DNA of 64,000 nt, taken from assembly GCF_009914755.1 (NCBI RefSeq), contig NC_060937.1. The stretch is one strand, 5' to 3'. A program made the translations under genes and the position numbers. This document shows, in pieces, positions 34,333 to 59,119 of the stretch. The notes below the pieces were generated by a model. The model ran no database searches. It had not been told where the DNA came from and saw nothing but the letters and a program-made list of their open reading frames with translations. Source of the stretch: the human T2T-CHM13v2.0 reference genome, Homo sapiens. Every line of letters starts with the position of its first letter. Position 1 is the first letter of the stretch.

Positions 34333-36458
34333 CACTGGTAATTGAGCAAAAAATTCAGTGGTTTATTTAAAGGAACTTCCATATTTTCTCCAGATATAGG
34401 AGGACAAACAACAATGCCCTTAAATCTTAGGAAAAATTTTTTAACTAAAAAATTATGTTACAGTACACTTCTATATCAATGAAGATTTCTATCTCTTTTA
34501 AAATTTACCTCACTATGAATATAATGCAAAAGTAATGGGTAATCATATATTTAGATGTTGAAGTCTTAAAAAAAAGAGAGAAAAGAAAAAAGTGTCAACT
34601 TAATTTTTTTAAAGCTGATAGAATATTTTCATTTTCAAAGTCCTTTAAAAAAAAATCCTTACATACACTAGTGAGTGGTAAACATGGTATCTGGTTCAAG
34701 GTGAACTACATCCAGCAAGACAATCTAAGATCAAAGGCTCAGTCATTGGTTTACACAATTTAAGGCAGCTATGCATTTTACTTTTCCTTCCTCAGTTGCA
34801 AAAGCTCTACCCTTGAGATGTGTTAGGGCTTTATTTCTTTTCTTTTCTTTTCTTTTTTAACCAGTAAATAATAAGTGTACATATTCATAGTGTACATAAA
34901 GATGTTTTGATACATGTAATGTAAAGAGATCAGATCTCTAGCAGTTCAAAAATGAACTGGAATAGCTTTTTCAGCAACAACCTATGAAAAGAACAAAAAT
35001 GATGAAAAACAGATGATGTACAACTATATGCTGAAAATTATATCAAACCAGATTCACCATTATCCCCAAAGACAAAGGATTATTTGGGGAGCTAAGTTGT
35101 ATTTCAGGTTTATACCATCTTCTATAACAAGCACAAGGCCCTATAGATAAACACCTCATATTTTTTTCTACTGTAAGACTGACATTAGGAACTTCAATTA
35201 ACATTTCTGACTAATGGCCAACCATTTCCTAAATCACAATAAAAATTCTAAATAATCAATGTGAGTTTTCTGAACGAATCAAATTATTATTACATGCTTT
35301 GGGTTTTATAAAATGCCAAAATCGATAGTCTCAAAATTAACCCTACATAATAGGAACTCCTTCTAACAACACAAATGACAAAATGTAAATTCACTTATTT
35401 ATCCAACAAATGTGTTGAACACTTGCTACATGTCAAGCATTGTTGAGAGCAATGAGGATAAAGCAATGAACAAAAACAAAGTCACTAATATCTTGGTGCT
35501 CACACTCCAGAGAATGAAGATAGAAAATAATTAACAATTAAGTAGGAGGAGGAGCCAAGATGGCCTAATAGGAACAGCTCCGGTCTACAGCTCCCAGCGT
35601 GAGTGACGCAGAAGACGGGTGATTTCTGCATTTCCATCTGAGGTACCGGGTTCATCTCACTACAGAGTGCCAGACAGTGGGCGCAGGTCAGTGGGTGCAG
35701 CGCACCAAGCGCCAGCCGAAGCAGGGCGAGGCATTGCCTCACTCGGGAAGCGCAAGGGGTCAGGGAGTTCCCTTTCCTAGTCAAAGAAAGGGGTGACAGA
35801 CGGCACCTGGAAAATCGGGTCACTCCCACCCGAACACTGCGCTTTTCCGATGGGCTTAAAAAACGGCACACTACGAGATTATATCCCGTACCTGGCTCGG
35901 AGGGTCCTACGCCCACGGAGTCTCGCTGATTGCTAGCACAGCAGTCTGAGATCAAACTGCAAGGCAGCAGCGGCAGCGAGGCTGGGGGAGGGGCGCCCGC
36001 CATTGCCCAGGCTTGCCTAGGTAAACAAAGCAGCCAGGAAGCTCGAACTGGGTGAAGCCCACCACATCTCAAGGAGGCCTGCCTGCCTCTGTAGGCTCCA
36101 CCTCTGGGGGCAGGGCACAGACAAACAAAAAGACAGCAGTAACCTCTGCAGACTTAAATGTCCCTGTCTGACAGCTTTGAAGAGAGCAGTGGTTCTCCCA
36201 GTACGCAGCTGGAGATCTGAGAACGGGCAGACTGCCTCCTCAAGTGGGTCCCTGACCCCTGACCCCCGAGCAGCCTAACTGGGAGGCACCCCCCAGCAGG
36301 GGCAGACTGACACCTCACATGGCTGGGTACTCCAACAGACCTGCAGCTGAGGGTCCTGTCTGTTAGAAGGAAAACTAACAAACAGAAAGGACATCCACAC
36401 CAAAAACCCATCTGTACATCACCATGATCAAAGACCAAAAGTAGATAAAACCACAAAG

Positions 36459-37474
36459 ATGGGGAAAAAAACAGCAGAAAAACTGGAAACTCTAAAAAGC
36501 AGAGCACCTCTCCTCCTCCAAAGGAACGCAGTTCCTCACCAGCAACGGAACAAAGCTGGACGGAGAATGACTTTGACGAGCTGAGAGAAGAAGGCTTCAG
36601 ACGATCAAATTACTCCGAGCCACAGGAGGACATTCAAACCAAAGGCAAAGAAGTTGAAAACTTCGAAAAAAATTTAGAAAAATGTAGAACTAGAATAACC
36701 AATATAGAGAAGAGCTTAAAGGAGCTGATGGAGCTGAAAACCAAGGCTCGAGAACTACGTGAAGAATGCAAAAGCCTCAGGAGCCGATGTGATCAACTGG
36801 AAGAAAGGGTATCAGCGATGGAAGATGAAATGAATGAAATGAAGTGAGAAGGGAAGTTTAGAGAAAAAAGAATAAAAAGAAATGAGCAAAGCCTCCAAGA
36901 AATATGGGACTATGTGAAAAGACCAAATCTACGTCTGATTGGTGTACCTGAAAGGGACGGGGAGAATGGAACCAAGTTGGAAAACACTCTGCAGTAGATT
37001 ATCCAGGAGAACTTCCCCAGTCTAGCAAGGCAGGCCAACATTCACATTCAGGAAATACAGAGAATGCCACAGAGATACTCCTCGAGAAGAGCAACACCAA
37101 GACACATAATTGTCAGATTCACCAAAGTTGAAATGAAGGAAAAAATGTTAAGGGCAGCCAGAGAGAAAGGTCGGGTTACCCTCAAAGGGAAGCCTATCAG
37201 ACTAACAGCGGATCTCTCGGCAGAAACTCTACAAGCCAGAAGAGGGTCGGGGCCAATATTCAACATTCTTAAAAAACAGAATTTTCAACCCAGAATTTCA
37301 TATCCAGCCAAACTAAGCTTTGTAAGCAAAGGAGAAATAAAATCCTTTACAGACAAGCAAATCCTGAGAGATTTTCTCACCACCAGGCCTGCCCTAAAAG
37401 AGCTCCTGAAGGAAGCACTAAACATGGAAAGGAAAAACCGATACCAGCTGCTGCAAAATCATGCCAAAATGTAA
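36459..37474 (+). pseudogene. L1 ORF1p, disrupted
   Basis: ATG at 36459; extra A right after the start; stops near 36845 and 36995. Confidence 0.93.
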
Positions 37475-37537
37475 AGACCATTGAGACTAGGAAGAAACTG
37501 CATCAACTAATGAGCAAAATAACCAGCTAACGTCATA

Positions 37538-41365
<3,828 letters not shown>

Positions 41366-41989
41366 ACAATGAGAACACATGGACACAGGAAGGGGAACAT
41401 CACACTCTGGGGACTGTTGTGGGGTGGGGGGAGGGGGGAGGGATAGCATTGGGAGATATACCTAATGCTAGATGACGAGTTAGTGGGTGCAGCGCACCAG
41501 CATGGCGCATGTATACATATGTAACTAACCTGCACATTGTGCACATGTACCCTAAAACTTAAAGTATAATAATAATATTAAAAAACAGACTATTAAACAG
41601 ACTATTAGTATTTTAGTTTCTTTTGTTATCTAACAAAAATATCAAATAAAATTACTACTTTTCAATTTCAAAAAAAAAAAAGAAAATAATTAACAAGTAA
41701 TAATAATATGTAATGTGTCTAGTGGTGATAATAGTTGAAAAGAAAAGCACATGGCTAAGGAATCAGGGTGGCAGAGGATGGAAACGGATATTACATCCTC
41801 GTGTTGCTTGAATTAGGTCAAATCTGGAAACATTCTAAGGAAACCTAAGTTATTCGAAGAAAAATTTTGTATTATACCTTGCTCTATTAGACAGCTCAGG
41901 AAAATACAGAATAGTTGGAAAAACACAACTGTTCTGCCATGTTGTTTGCTTCTGGAATTTCTTCCCCATGAAGATGATAACCATTCTGT

Positions 41990-42690
41990 CTTTTCATTCA
42001 TTCTATAAAAGCTTATTGAGGACCTACTATAGTTGAGACCTATGTACAAGGCCATATGTTCAGGACTGTGTATGTTGAATGAGATCCAGATTTTGTCCTC
42101 AAGGCAATTGTACTTTCATGGGAAAAAAAAAAAAAAGAAAACACACAACTAATTTGATCTAGATATGTGACATAAATGCTACAAGAAATATAAAGAATTG
42201 AATAATTAATCTCACCTGAAGCATTCAAGAAAAGCTTCCGAGAGAAAGTGACATCTGCATGGGGCCATGGAAGATGAGAAGGATTTAGGCCAAATAAACA
42301 GCACGAGCAGAGGTGTGAGAAAGGCTGTGTGGCCCTCGGGGGGACCGGAAGCGCTGGAAGTAGCTGGAGATGGGCCTGAGAAAGTAAGTTGAGGACAGAT
42401 CCTGAAAGCACTCAAATGAACCAATTTAAACTTTGTCCAGTTGGCAATTGGTGATCCACTGAATATTTTTGAGCCAACAAAAGACACTAAGAAAGATGTC
42501 TCTGGCAGCAAGGCAGTAGAGGCATAGAAGAAAGAAAACAACACAGTGAAATAGAGTGTTAGCTCTTGCATGGGAAATGATAAGGGACTAAATGGAAACA
42601 GTGGAAATAGGAATCGAAAGGATGGAATGACTGAGACAGACGTTTTTACTTGGCAACCAGCTGATGACAAACATAGAACAGGGGGAAAGT
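41990..42690 (-). mobile_element. L2 3' region
   Basis: ttcattcattc...ttattgaggacctactat tail and L2 purine-rich motifs. Confidence 0.7.
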
Positions 42691-42989
42691 CTTTTTATAC
42701 ATGCAACAAAATATTCCAAATCAGAAGTGGAAACAAGTAAGCACCTCAAATTTTTTCTGGAATCAATTCAAATATAAACACACTGCTTGGAAAGCCAATA
42801 TAGCTTTCCACTTAATGAAGTATATATTGAGATCCTAATGGGATCAACCAGTGTTAAGATCCAACACTGGTAACCTCTGTTTGGAATGAAAATATAAAGC
42901 CTTAAGCCAACCATTTTCTCCAAAATAAAAGATAACAAACTGCTGAAGTCAGTATATAATGCAGATATTAATTATGTAGCACAATCTAA

Positions 42990-43830
42990 AAATGTTATGG
43001 GGCACTCGTGATTAACATGAGCTCTTGAATAATTGGCAGACACTACATTCGCCCATCTTAGATTTAATATCTTTGACTTTTCTGTTCATGGAAATAGATG
43101 GGGAGTCAAATGACAGGATCGGTCTTTCCACTTGCCTGAAAACAACTACTCACAATCAAGAATCATTTTCTCTCTAGTTTCAAATTCTCAGAAACAATAG
43201 GTACTTTTAACTCCCTATTAGAAGAGTTTTCCAAAAACTAATGATTTTCAATGTCAAAGAGTTCTTCTGCCTAAATTACTCCTGGTAACTTACTCTTTTA
43301 TATCATTTTAAATAATTCCACTATCACCTTTTTAACTTTCAAATATTTGTAGAACCTTATAGTATACTCCGTAGTCATTACTTGCCAAGCTATATATTTG
43401 TCTACTTAAATCTTTACTTATAACTTAATCCTTTCCTTCTCTTAATCATCACAATTGTTTCTCCTGGCCTAGCTCCAATTTTTCTTCAAATTATTGGTAC
43501 TGGAATGCCTAAAGTCTAACAAAGTATTTTAGGCTTAGATTGTATCTGGATATTTCCTTTTTATTTATTTATCATTTTGCCTATTTATATGATTTGTTGT
43601 GTACTGTTGCCCCTATATGCACTTGACCAGGGATAAATATACTTCATGACTCTCAAATTTGATAAAGATGTTCATTTCTATACAGCACTTATTATTATGA
43701 GCCTAAAAACATCCACCATCTGCTTTAGTGAAGTAAGTTATTTGAACTTATTTTGTTTTTGTTTTCCTTCAATTTTCATTTTAGCATCATATTTTCCTTC
43801 TTGGTCTTTGTACAAATTGACTCAACTGAA
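42990..43830 (-). pseudogene. Schlafen/AlbA_2 domain fossil, copy 1 (exons ~43830-43685, 43508-43294, 43135-~42990)
   Basis: KYDAKMKIEGKQKQNKFK*LTSLKQMVDVFRLIIISA|AF...NCDD*EKERIKL*VKI*VDKYIAWQVMTTEYTIRF|gtaagt; gttttcag|ASGKTDPVI*LPIYFHE...LNLR...PIIQEL. Confidence 0.65.
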
Positions 43831-44229
43831 TTATTTTATTTCCTAAAGTCTGTATCACCTGGTAGAAATGCATATGTTCCCAAAATTACTTTCTATGTTT
43901 CTCCTTTCATAGTGTATTCTGCCTAAATTAATATATTTTGTCTGTTATGCTAGTTATTGTGGTTTAAGTAATAATAGTATTTATTCAAGTTTTTAAAAAA
44001 TATTCAGATCTATTGCCAGTATTATTATTAATATATGCTATTATTTCAAATAGCAACCTATGCAAAGATGAAGACAGCATTTTCAGAAGGAATTTTTTAA
44101 AAGAAAAGAAGCAGACTTTATTCACATAGTAAAACTTTCAAACTTTCTTTATTGTTTTTCTTTCCATTTTCTCTATCAGAAATTTCATGTATGTTAATGC
44201 ATATTTCTAAAATTGCTAGCCATTTGATA

Positions 44230-44960
<731 letters not shown>

Positions 44961-45229
44961 AATAGTTGTATTTTGTTGGTAAGTTATCATTTATAAAATG
45001 TTTTCATGTACTACGCTATCTCACTAAATCCTTCTCATAGCCTTTTTCTTTCTCTGTTTACTGAAAAAGAAAACAGGCTCAGAGAGTGTCAGAACTGGAA
45101 ATGAACGACTTCTAACTTGAAGTACATGGTTCCACATACCACTATGATTCTCTTTAAAAAAATACTCAAATCAATTGCCTTGGGGCATTTTAAGTGTTTT
45201 ATGTCATTAAGAAACATTTTGTAAATAAT

Positions 45230-47245
45230 TCTTCAAGTAAATGAATTCAGCCTTGTTTCTCCACAACCAAAGTCATCAAAGATTAAAAGCTTATCGAAAT
45301 CCATGGAAACTATCACAGTCTCATTAGGTCCATCCACTCTGCTACTCATCTCCCCTCACTCTCATCCACATCCCCTTCCTGATCACTGTTTCATGGACTG
45401 GGATCACAAAGACGCAAACATACTCAGATTTTCCATGAAATCTAATCAAAAAGGAACTTGCAAGAAGAGTGAAATACAACAGGTCCTTGCATAATGTCAT
45501 TTCCTCCAATGCTGTTTTGTTATAATCTTAATGAGGAAAAAAAAAATCAGTTTCCAACCAGGGCCACTGTCTGTGTGGAGTTTCACATTCTTCCAATGTC
45601 TGCATGGGTTTTTCTCTAGGTACTCCGGTTTCCTCCCACATCTCAAAGATGTGCCCATTAAGTGTACTGGCCTGTGTATCTGGTCGCAGTCTGAGTGAGT
45701 GTGGGTGTGTGCATGAGTGCACCTGCTGCAATGGGATGGTGTCCTGTCCAGGGCTGGTGCCCACCTTGTGCTCTGAGCTTATAGAATGGGCTCTGGTCAC
45801 CTCCACCCTGAACTGGGGGTAAGCGGTTTGAAAAAGGAGTTAATGAATAAATAAAAATTATTATAAAATAAATATTCATCATGTTCACAGTAATCATACT
45901 AATGCACGACAATAAACAAGGTGATACGAAAGCACTCAGCGAGGCCTCCATGGCATATTAATGTTTGCTTGTGAATTGTGTAGAGGGAGGAGGTGCTCCT
46001 GACAATGTTCTCTTTTCAAACATTTTTTTCTTGTTTTAACCCACCACCAAGACCACCACCATCACTCACTGAGTCACCAAAACTGGGATAATTAATTATC
46101 TTACTTGCTTTTATTATCTTTTTAAAACATATGTATGGCTCACATATATTTCAATGTTTAATTTTAGAAGTGTTTTGGGTCTTTATTTAGAAGTTTGGTG
46201 ATGTTTTTGTGACCAGAAATATGACGTAGCAACTTAACTCTTGTTATATCAATTAGCCTCTGGTAAGTAAGTCATTTTGCTTAAAATAGCAGTTTCCAAG
46301 TACCTATGGGCAACATTAAGTGAGGGCTTACCGTATATTAAATTGAGGAAGTGGCATTCTTCTGGTTTCTTTCTGACCCTAACATGACTGAATGGCATCC
46401 TACTTTCTTGAAAGAATAGGGACTGTCCCAAGAGTGATCCCATTCAGGCTACTTCATACCCTTTAATTAACTATGAACTTTAATGGCCTGAAAAAGTAAC
46501 CACAACTCCACATGTCTCTCCAGGATTCATTTACACACTGGAAGAATACATATAAATAGATCTTTTACTCAGACTTACTGACTTTGGCATGTCTTGCCTT
46601 AGTTTCAATAATTATTTTCATCTCTTTTTCCTGAGTTTTTCCATACTTTTTCTTGAACAATTTAACCACTTCCCAATGATTTCTTTTCTTTTTTTTTTTC
46701 CTCTCTTTTTACCAAGTACACACTGATTTCAATAAGCTCAACTATCTTGGCATTTTACACACTGTAGAGGCAGAATAAATGACTAGTCCTGACAGATTAG
46801 ATTTTATTACAAAGAAAACTACTTTTCTTCTGTTTAGAAACTACTCACCAGCTAACTAGTTAAAGCTCTTTCCTTTTCTGTCTGGAAAGATTGACCCTGA
46901 ACTGACAACAAAAACGTAGGTGAGATATTTAGATCTTAAGTGAGTGGTCAGTTAAGTGCCTGGAGAGGTAAAAGGACAGATAGCATATTTGGTATGTTAA
47001 TGAACCTATTTACTTCAAAGAAAGAGACAAAAACATCAATCAAATCAGAAGAGGCTATTTAGGACTGTTAACTCCCTTTCAGATGAGCAATGATTTCTAC
47101 TGGGATTTAAATAAATATTCTTGAAAAGGACCAACGACAAAAATTTCACCAAAAATCACACCATAGTAAGTTTTCTACACAGCTGATGACCGACTTGCTT
47201 GGCTCCCAATTTTGCAAGAGTTTTGAATATTTGTAGCATGCTCCT
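45230..47245 (-). pseudogene. Two Tudor domain fossils (exons 47245-47101, 46901-46849, 46722-46579, 46487-~46378, 45441-~45230)
   Basis: VISCVENLLWCDFW; VKLFKKKYGKTQE..MPKS|AIKVHS*LKGMK*PEW; YVCVF...KGMWMRVR...ETVIVSMDF. Micro-exon 46901-46849 has perfect gtcag/gtgagt sites. Confidence 0.6.
45477..46333 (+). mobile_element. MER6 (TcMar-Tigger), full length
   Basis: ca(a)caggtcct... start, ggagttt...ccggtttcctcccacat internal segment, aagtgagggcttaccg end; TA flanks. Confidence 0.88.
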
Positions 47246-48780
47246 CTTTAAAAGAAAAAAAAAATGAGATTGGCATTCTTTTTATACCTTAAACCTAAAA
47301 TACCTTTACCAAAAATTATGTTCTTGTGGTATCTCTAATTCTCAAAAACTTGAACAGCATCTTCTCCAACCACAAAAATTGCACTATTGCTAATGCGTTG
47401 GTATTAATCAGAATGTACTTCAATTTAAAAAACAAAAAACTGGGGAAGAATAAGAAAAATAAGGAAGCAGTATAAAGTCATAATTTAAAGTTATATGTAA
47501 ATTATGTAAAGAGAATTTTATTGAACAAGTTAAGGGTTGGGTGGCTTTTCCACGTTTACCACCACCTGGTGACAGCTCTGTGCAAGTTTATATAAATATC
47601 CCAAAATAAAATCCCATTAGTAAAGTCCAGTTCAATTCAGTTTATTGTAGTAAATATCTACTGAGCTACTACTATATTTTTAGGACTGCTGTAGACTGTT
47701 AAGAACAAAAGAATATTGCATGGGGACCTTATCTTAAAGGTGCTTGTAATTAAGATGGAAAGGCAAACAAATAAAAGAAGTAATTCTTAAGCAATATAGA
47801 CTAACATTAAGTAAACACTAAATGTAACGGGAAAAGAAAGAAACCAAATGTAGGCCTAAAGTTTCAAGTGTCTAGATGAAGAGGAACTTGAGATAGAGTT
47901 TAGAACAATTAGAAGAAGCTAGATCATAAAGGTAAATTAAAATCAAGAGAATGTTAGACTTGTTGTAAGAGGTATTGGGAAGCCTAGAAACTTAGTCACA
48001 TGATTAACGTAATAAAAATAGGATTTTAGGATGATTCATCCAGAAGTTTCCAGTGTGGACAAGACCAAACAGATGGAGACCGTTTCAGAACTAGTACTCC
48101 AACTATGAAATCCTGAGGTTTGCTTTTCAGAAGTTAGTTGTTAACTAATGATAGCATTATATAGTACTTCTCTATTTTTAATTCTCTACAAAAGAGTAAA
48201 GTTTCACCTCAATTAAATCCTCATGAAAATTAGTCTTGATAAGAATTCATATTCAACTAATTGAGTTCCTTCTAACTGGCAGTCACTGTGGTAGACACTT
48301 TCACATACATTATCACATTTAATTCTCATAGCAACTGCGTGAAGTTGTTTATCTAGAAATTCTAATTAATTATATTGTAATGAAAATGCAACTGCCAAAT
48401 ATTAATCAAGTATTCATTGAATTAATTAGACATATATTGTTTGATTTCTAATCCTATATTGCTCCACTGCCCAGATTCCAATTTTCCTTTTAATAGACAT
48501 CAATAGCACAAAGTAACAAAAAGAGTATTCAATGTCAAATAATGCACATGAATAAAATGCCTTCGTGAAAACAGAAATATATTGGGGGATGGAAGACCCA
48601 AGTTACAAACTGAGCTCAACCTCAAGCAAATCGCTAAATTTTCTTGAGGCTTAGTTACTTTATCTGTCACATGAATTAATGATTTTCATCCAGTCTATCT
48701 TTTGGGGTTGTTGTACATGTGTGCAGGTCAAATAAAGTATAGGCAAAAGTTATTTACTAAACAGAAGGATGCAAATTAGA

Positions 48781-49052
48781 GGTGGGGTGCTGTGGCTCAT
48801 ATCTGTAATCCCAGCACTTTGGGAGGCTGAGGCAGGCAGATCACTTGAGCTCAGCCTGGGCAACATGGCGAAACCCCATCTCTACTAAAAATACAAAAAT
48901 TAGTCGGGCATGGTGGCACGTCCTGTAATCCCAGCTACTTGGGAGGCTGAGGCACAGGAATCGCTTGAACCCGGAGGGAGATGTTGCAGTGAGCTGAGAT
49001 TATGCCACTGCACTCCAGCCTGGGTGACGAAAGACTCTGTCTCAAAAAAGAA
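48781..49052 (+). mobile_element. Alu with B-box deletion
   Basis: Junction gagctcag|cctgggc. Confidence 0.93.
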
Positions 49053-49276
49053 GAATGTAAATCAAAGGTGTTTAAAAGAAGGGAAAGAGGATATTTTTCT
49101 CTGGGTCCCTCTTCTTCTCCTTTCATTTTTGAAATATTTGCCTAAGAAGGCTCGGAGGATAAAGAGAGGTGACAGGAAGAGGGACTCTCAGCTTCCATCA
49201 CCTGGGAGACCCTGTGGTCCTCATCAGTGTCCACCATCCATCCATGTTTTTCTTAGTGCCCCTAAGTCTATGCCCA

Positions 49277-49396
49277 GATACATCCTTGCACCTAAAACTG
49301 TCAACTTGCTATTAATGACTGTTTAATAGCAACTTGCTATTCATGATTGCTTAGTCATTAATAGCAAGTTGACAGTCACAGTTGCAGGTATGTATC
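49277..49396. repeat. Nested palindrome / MITE-like element
   Basis: Perfect 24-bp IR at 49297-49320 / 49353-49376, imperfect outer arms, and an internal 8-bp IR. Confidence 0.85.
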
Positions 49397-49681
49397 ACTA
49401 TTATAACTCTTGGCTTTAGACTTTAGTCACTGAAACTTGTCAATGAATTGAGAAGTCCTTTAAAGAGGCAGAAGAACATAGATTGAACATATACCAGGAT
49501 ATTAACTGCAAATGTGAGCTGAGTTTACCTGTAGAGTCTACTTCTTTCAAAACAGCATCTTAAGAGAAAGCTATAGTCATTTGGAACAAAACCCACAAAG
49601 AGCTTACCTAACAGCTAATTGCACATGTCTATATCATTAAAAGTTAACCCAAGCATCACCACAGCGTGGATGTGATATTAA

Positions 49682-50034
<353 letters not shown>

Positions 50035-50943
50035 TGGTCCTCTTTTTCCAAGTCTTGCTCTTGCTTATTTACCTGGTACTGTTCCCTTCTTCATTTCATT
50101 CTGGACAGCTCACTTCCATCTTGATGCTGGCATGTTAAAATTGGGGAGGTGTTAGTCTTTCTATGTGCAATTGCTCACAAATTTTTCTCTCTGAATCACA
50201 CAGAGTTACTAATTGTATTTCACTGTTACTTCCGTTCAAATTCAATCTAATGAATCTGTGCAGTACAAGAACTATAAAAGTTTCACCTCCCCCTGTTATT
50301 CTTTCGGTATAAATGCACATGAATGGCCCTTAAGATAACTTTTGGCCATCATGTCGCCGTGGTGAGAAACCTTGGGAGACCTCTGTAGCTTTAGGTATGG
50401 TAAGAAATATCTCATCTGAGGCTCTCGTCTACCACTCAAGGTTTCCATCCAAGACTGCATGCTCCCCCATTCCATACAAGGGTTACCCTGCACCTTCCAA
50501 CTTGCTATGAGCTGCTAACCACTGAATGTTGCCTCAATTTGGCCTACAGCCAGGGTGAACTGTCCTATTTCACATGGATTGAACCATATAGAGGTTTTAT
50601 GTATTTGGAACTGTGAAGCAGACCCCTTATCTTCCTCAACTTTATGTGAGCCCTCCCACTGTCACTATAACAAATGCCATTTATGAAGCCAACACCTATG
50701 GCACTGTGCTTAAACCTTCCAAATATGAGATTGAACAACATGGAATAATCATTTTATAGGCCAAATAGAAGCAATGTATTATGATCAATATAATTTCTTT
50801 TACTCAAAACCCTCAACAATCGTAAAAAGCAGACATAATCATGCCCATTTTAGAGCTGGAAAAACTAGAACCCAGATTGATAAGTAACTAGGCCATGATC
50901 ACACATCTGGGGAAGTAGTGGAGCCCAGTTTAGAAATAACTAC

Positions 50944-57283
<6,340 letters not shown>

Positions 57284-57394
57284 AAATAACTACCAAAGCA
57301 GCAGCATCACATCTAAACCCAGAAAGATAGATTTTGAGGGTAGATGAGGATGTAGAGAAATCCCTGAGAGTAACTATATGTAAAGGACATAAAC

Positions 57395-58580
57395 CGTATA
57401 CAGAAAAATGAAACTGGACCCCTATCTACCACCATGTACAAAAATTAACTCAAAATGTATTAAAGAATTCAATGTAAGATCTCAAACTATAGAAATCCTA
57501 GAAGAAAACCTAGGAAATACCCTTCTCAATATTGGTCTTGGCAAAGAACTTATGGTTCAGTCCTCAAAAGCAATTGCAACAAAAACAAAAATTGATAAAT
57601 GGGACCTAATTAAACTAAAGAACTTCTACACAGCAAGAGAAACAGACAACCTACAGAATGGGAGAAAATATTCAAGCTATGCATCTGACAAAGATCTAAT
57701 TCCAGAACCTATAAGGAACTTAAACAATTAACAAGGAAAAAACAAATAACTCTATTAAAGTGGGCAAATGACATGAACAGACACTTCTCAAAAGAAGACA
57801 TATGTGACCAATAAACATATGAAAAAATGCTCATCTTCACTAATCATCAGAGAAATGCAGATCAAAACCACAATGAGATACCATCTCACACCAGCCAGAA
57901 TGGCTTTTGTTAAAAGCTAAAAACATAACAGATGTTGGCAAGGCTACAGAGTAAAGGAGACACATACATTGTTGGTGGGAATGTAAATTAGTCCGGCCAT
58001 TGTATAGAGCAGTTTGGATATTTCTCAAAGAACTAAGAGTTTAACTACCATTTGATCCAGAAATCCCATTACCCTGTATATATATAAAGGAAAATAAATC
58101 ATTCTACTAAAAGGACACATGCACCTGTATGTTCATCACAATGCTATTCACAATGGCAAAAACATGGAATTGACTCAGGTACCCATCAATGGTTGACGGG
58201 ATAAAGAAAGTGTGGTACATTTACACCATGGAATACTATGCAGCCATAAGAAAGCATGAAATAATGTCCTTTGCAGCTACACAGTTGCCACTGGAGGCCA
58301 TTATCCTAAGAGAACCAATATAGAAACAGAAAACCAAATGCTGCATGTTTTCACTAATAAGTGGGAGCTAAACATCAGGTACTCATGGGCATAAAGATGG
58401 CAGTAATAGACACTGGGAACTACTAGAGGAAGGAGAGAGGAAGAGGGGATAGGGCTGGAAAACTACCTATGCTCACTACCTGGGTGATGGGTTCAATCAT
58501 ACCCCAAGCCTCAGCATCATGCAATATACCTTTGTGACAAATCTGCACATGTAACTCCTGATTCTAAAATAAAAGTTGAA
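57395..58580 (+). mobile_element. 5'-truncated L1 (L1PA15/16-like)
   Basis: KLDPYL..TKINS ORF2 remnant; tail tctaaaataaaagttgaa. Confidence 0.9.
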
Positions 58581-58779
58581 AAGTAAAGAATACAGGCTAA
58601 AAACCAACATGAAGATGATAACGCAGAGACAACATGTAATAACAAACCTTAAGAACTCTTCTATGAATGACAATAATACACTCTTCTTCCTCTCCACCCA
58701 AGACAGAACAGAAAGAAAAAGGAATACATTACATTACAAAATTAACTTCAAAATAAAGAAAAATATCCTAGCAATTTAA

Positions 58780-59029
<250 letters not shown>

Positions 59030-59119
59030 AGGAAAGTCTTATTTATGAAATTAGTTGACTCATACTCTTTTTTTCTTTAAAGTGGGTAATATCAGGAAAC
59101 CTAAATAGAAATAAATAGC

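Larger units (their letters stand above)
32280..34981 (-). pseudogene. Fossil exons including a Tudor domain (34981-34667, 34512-34336, ~34260-34110, ~33682-33510, 32511-32280)
   Basis: ALTHLKGRAFATEEGKVKCIAALN; MEVPLNKPLNF; WGFQIPKFLQEK...SLEFKPGILNA; LIYFF..CGK..NDLHLL; TEFSDKLLNLSFVGL...ILNELLTTAGF. Strong acceptors at 34982 and 32512. Confidence 0.5.

Noticed and set aside
33500-35150. Plus-strand piggyBac-transposase-like words (CKKF...IDEMIVP, HIFGIML, DIGG, YNYM...W.AKLYF)
   Set aside because: Motif spacing is mostly too long and there are no TTAA/TIR ends. Part of the same DNA is better explained by spliced minus-strand Tudor exons. A blastx against PGBD proteins would settle it.
49529-49558. 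30-bp micro-exon with AG/GT
   Set aside because: The implied upstream intron is only 49 bp.
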